DNA of 16,611 nt from Candidatus Bathyarchaeum sp. Its GTDB lineage: Archaea > Thermoproteota > Bathyarchaeia > Bathyarchaeales > Bathyarchaeaceae. The notes under the pieces are model-generated. The model worked only from the letters and a program-made list of their open reading frames with translations, ran no database searches and was not told the DNA's origin. A program made the translations under genes and the position numbers. The stretch spans positions 1 to 16,611 of the forward strand of contig JAOZIF010000092.1 in assembly GCA_026014495.1 (NCBI GenBank). Reading direction: 5' to 3'. This document shows positions 15,673-16,611 of this stretch, in pieces. Numbering within the stretch: position 1 is the stretch's first letter; each line of letters starts with the position of its first letter.

Positions 15673-16212
15673 TCACAGGACCCTGAAGGGAGATTTCTCC
15701 TGTTTTTCAAGCAATTTTTTGTAAGTTGTAGCGGTTATGAGCTGGCTTAGATCACTTTTAGATCTAGGAGCAATAGTCACTATCCAACCATCATCATAAG
15801 GACTGTCGTTTATGACATCTGGAGTTTCCATTACTCTCTGGTTTATTTCCACTATTTTGCCGCTGATTGGGGCTATAAGATCAAAAGCAACGTACTCACA
15901 TCGCATCTCGTCAAGGTTTGCACATGGTCTTCCATAGACCGTTCCAAAGACTTCTCCGACTTCAACGTCTTCGCCTACAGTGGTGTTCTTGAAGATTTCT
16001 ACAAGTCCCACTTTTTCTCGTAGATGTTGCTGGGCATAATCGGTTACGCCAATTTTTTGATTGCCTTCAAGAGTGTTTTTTAGCCACATGTGAGTTTTTG
16101 TGTAGTCTCTGTTAGTCTTAACGCAGACCTGTTTTCCCTCGCACTGGACAAGGTAGTCCTTTTGTGCGGTGTTATTCTCGCCTGTTTTTAACATTGATAC
16201 GTTCTTGTACAC
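15673..16212 (-). CDS. Glycine-cleavage-H-like protein lacking the lipoyl lysine (Cys-x7-Cys loop instead)
   Basis: H-protein hallmarks YTKTHMW, IGVTDYAQ, G.EV..GEVFGTV, APISGKIVEIN, PDVINDSPYDDGWI. The canonical VESVKA is replaced by VYGRPCANLDEMRCEYVAF. GTG start at 16212 with RBS GAGGCG. Confidence 0.85.
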   Translation of the reverse strand: MYKNVSMLKTGENNTAQKDYLVQCEGKQVCVKTNRDYTKTHMWLKNTLEGNQKIGVTDYAQQHLREKVGLVEIFKNTTVGEDVEVGEVFGTVYGRPCANLDEMRCEYVAFDLIAPISGKIVEINQRVMETPDVINDSPYDDGWIVTIAPRSKSDLSQLITATTYKKLLEKQEKSPFRVL

Positions 16213-16230
16213 TTTTTATCGCCTCAAGAA

Positions 16231-16299
16231 TAATGACACATCAGGGCGTAGTATATACATTACGTGATTAAAGTAACAATGTATATATACGTGTCATTA
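16231..16299. promoter_or_regulatory. Divergent promoter with two inverted-repeat pairs between the oxidoreductase operon and the PhoU-like gene
   Basis: TAATGACAC (16231-16239) / GTGTCATTA (16291-16299) are perfect 9-bp arms. TATATACATT (16252-16261) / AATGTATATA (16278-16287) are perfect 10-bp arms containing TATA-like boxes. Confidence 0.55.
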
Positions 16300-16326
16300 C
16301 TGTAAATACTGATAAGAGTGGAAAAC

Positions 16327-16611
16327 ATGGAATCCAGAAAAGTGCAACGCGTCGGATCATCCAGCTTAGCCGTTTCACTTCCTAACGAATGGGTCAAAGA
16401 AGTGGGCTTAAAAAAAGGACAACTAGTCTTCTTCAAAGAAGACGAAACAAACATACTCAAAATAATGACTGCCGAACAAATAGAAAAACAGCCCGATACA
16501 ACAGTTGAATTGAACGGAGATTTCTGTAAAGACCCCAAAATGTTAGGCAGAGCCCTAATGGGAGTCTACTCATTAGGATACGACAGCATCAAAATAGTTT
16601 CATCAAGCAGA
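16327..16611 (+). CDS. AbrB/MazE-domain plus PhoU-family archaeal phosphate-uptake-type regulator (partial, runs off the right edge)
   Basis: MESRKVQRVGSSSLAVSLPNEWVKEVGLKKGQLV is the AbrB-type N-terminus typical of archaeal PhoU regulators, followed by ...LGRALMGVYSLGYDSIKI. 95 codons, open to the edge. Confidence 0.85.
   Translation, partial: MESRKVQRVGSSSLAVSLPNEWVKEVGLKKGQLVFFKEDETNILKIMTAEQIEKQPDTTVELNGDFCKDPKMLGRALMGVYSLGYDSIKIVSSSR

Noticed and set aside
15673-16212. Canonical gcvH of a glycine cleavage system
   Set aside because: The lipoyl-Lys motif is absent, and there are no gcvT, gcvP or lpdA genes in the window.
1181-16538. Short overlapping ORFs in the track (e.g. 1181-1426, 1240-1422, 2482-2753, 3766-4017, 5075-5353, 6436-6783, 6757-7107, 9126-9581, 9663-10016, 14995-15225, 16260-16538)
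   Set aside because: They lie antisense or out of frame within well-supported genes, have no recognisable motifs and look like shadow ORFs.
1-16611. CRISPR array, tRNA/rRNA, IS element or prophage
   Set aside because: I saw no regularly spaced repeats, cloverleaf or rRNA-like segments, transposase/integrase ORFs or terminal inverted repeats with target duplications.

Overview
Gene-dense archaeal chromosomal window, most likely Bathyarchaeia (inferred from the large secreted PQQ-like beta-propeller gene beside a TrmB regulator, AfpA, an AbrB-PhoU regulator, and GGAG/GAGG ribosome-binding sites with TATA-like promoters; not a database result). Left to right: secreted beta-propeller protein (partial, missed by the ORF track), TrmB regulator, creatininase-family and DJ-1/PfpI genes, a glycosylated membrane-anchored surface protein, a CDF metal exporter, a small unannotated Cys-rich ORF, iron-sulfur flavoprotein plus AfpA, a DtxR-feoA-feoB operon with a tandem palindromic operator, and a small membrane-anchored protein. 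The most interesting part is a five-gene minus-strand operon at 11561-16212. It encodes a GcvH-like protein whose lipoyl-lysine hairpin is replaced by a Cys-x7-Cys loop, HydC/NuoE- and HydB/NuoF-like subunits with the architecture of electron-bifurcating (HydABC/Bfu-type) enzymes, and two domains resembling the MetV N-terminus, one fused to a HydA/NuoG-type Fe-S relay with no catalytic domain. The window ends in a partial AbrB-PhoU regulator. I saw no rRNA, tRNA, CRISPR array or mobile element. All calls are by-eye motif recognition.
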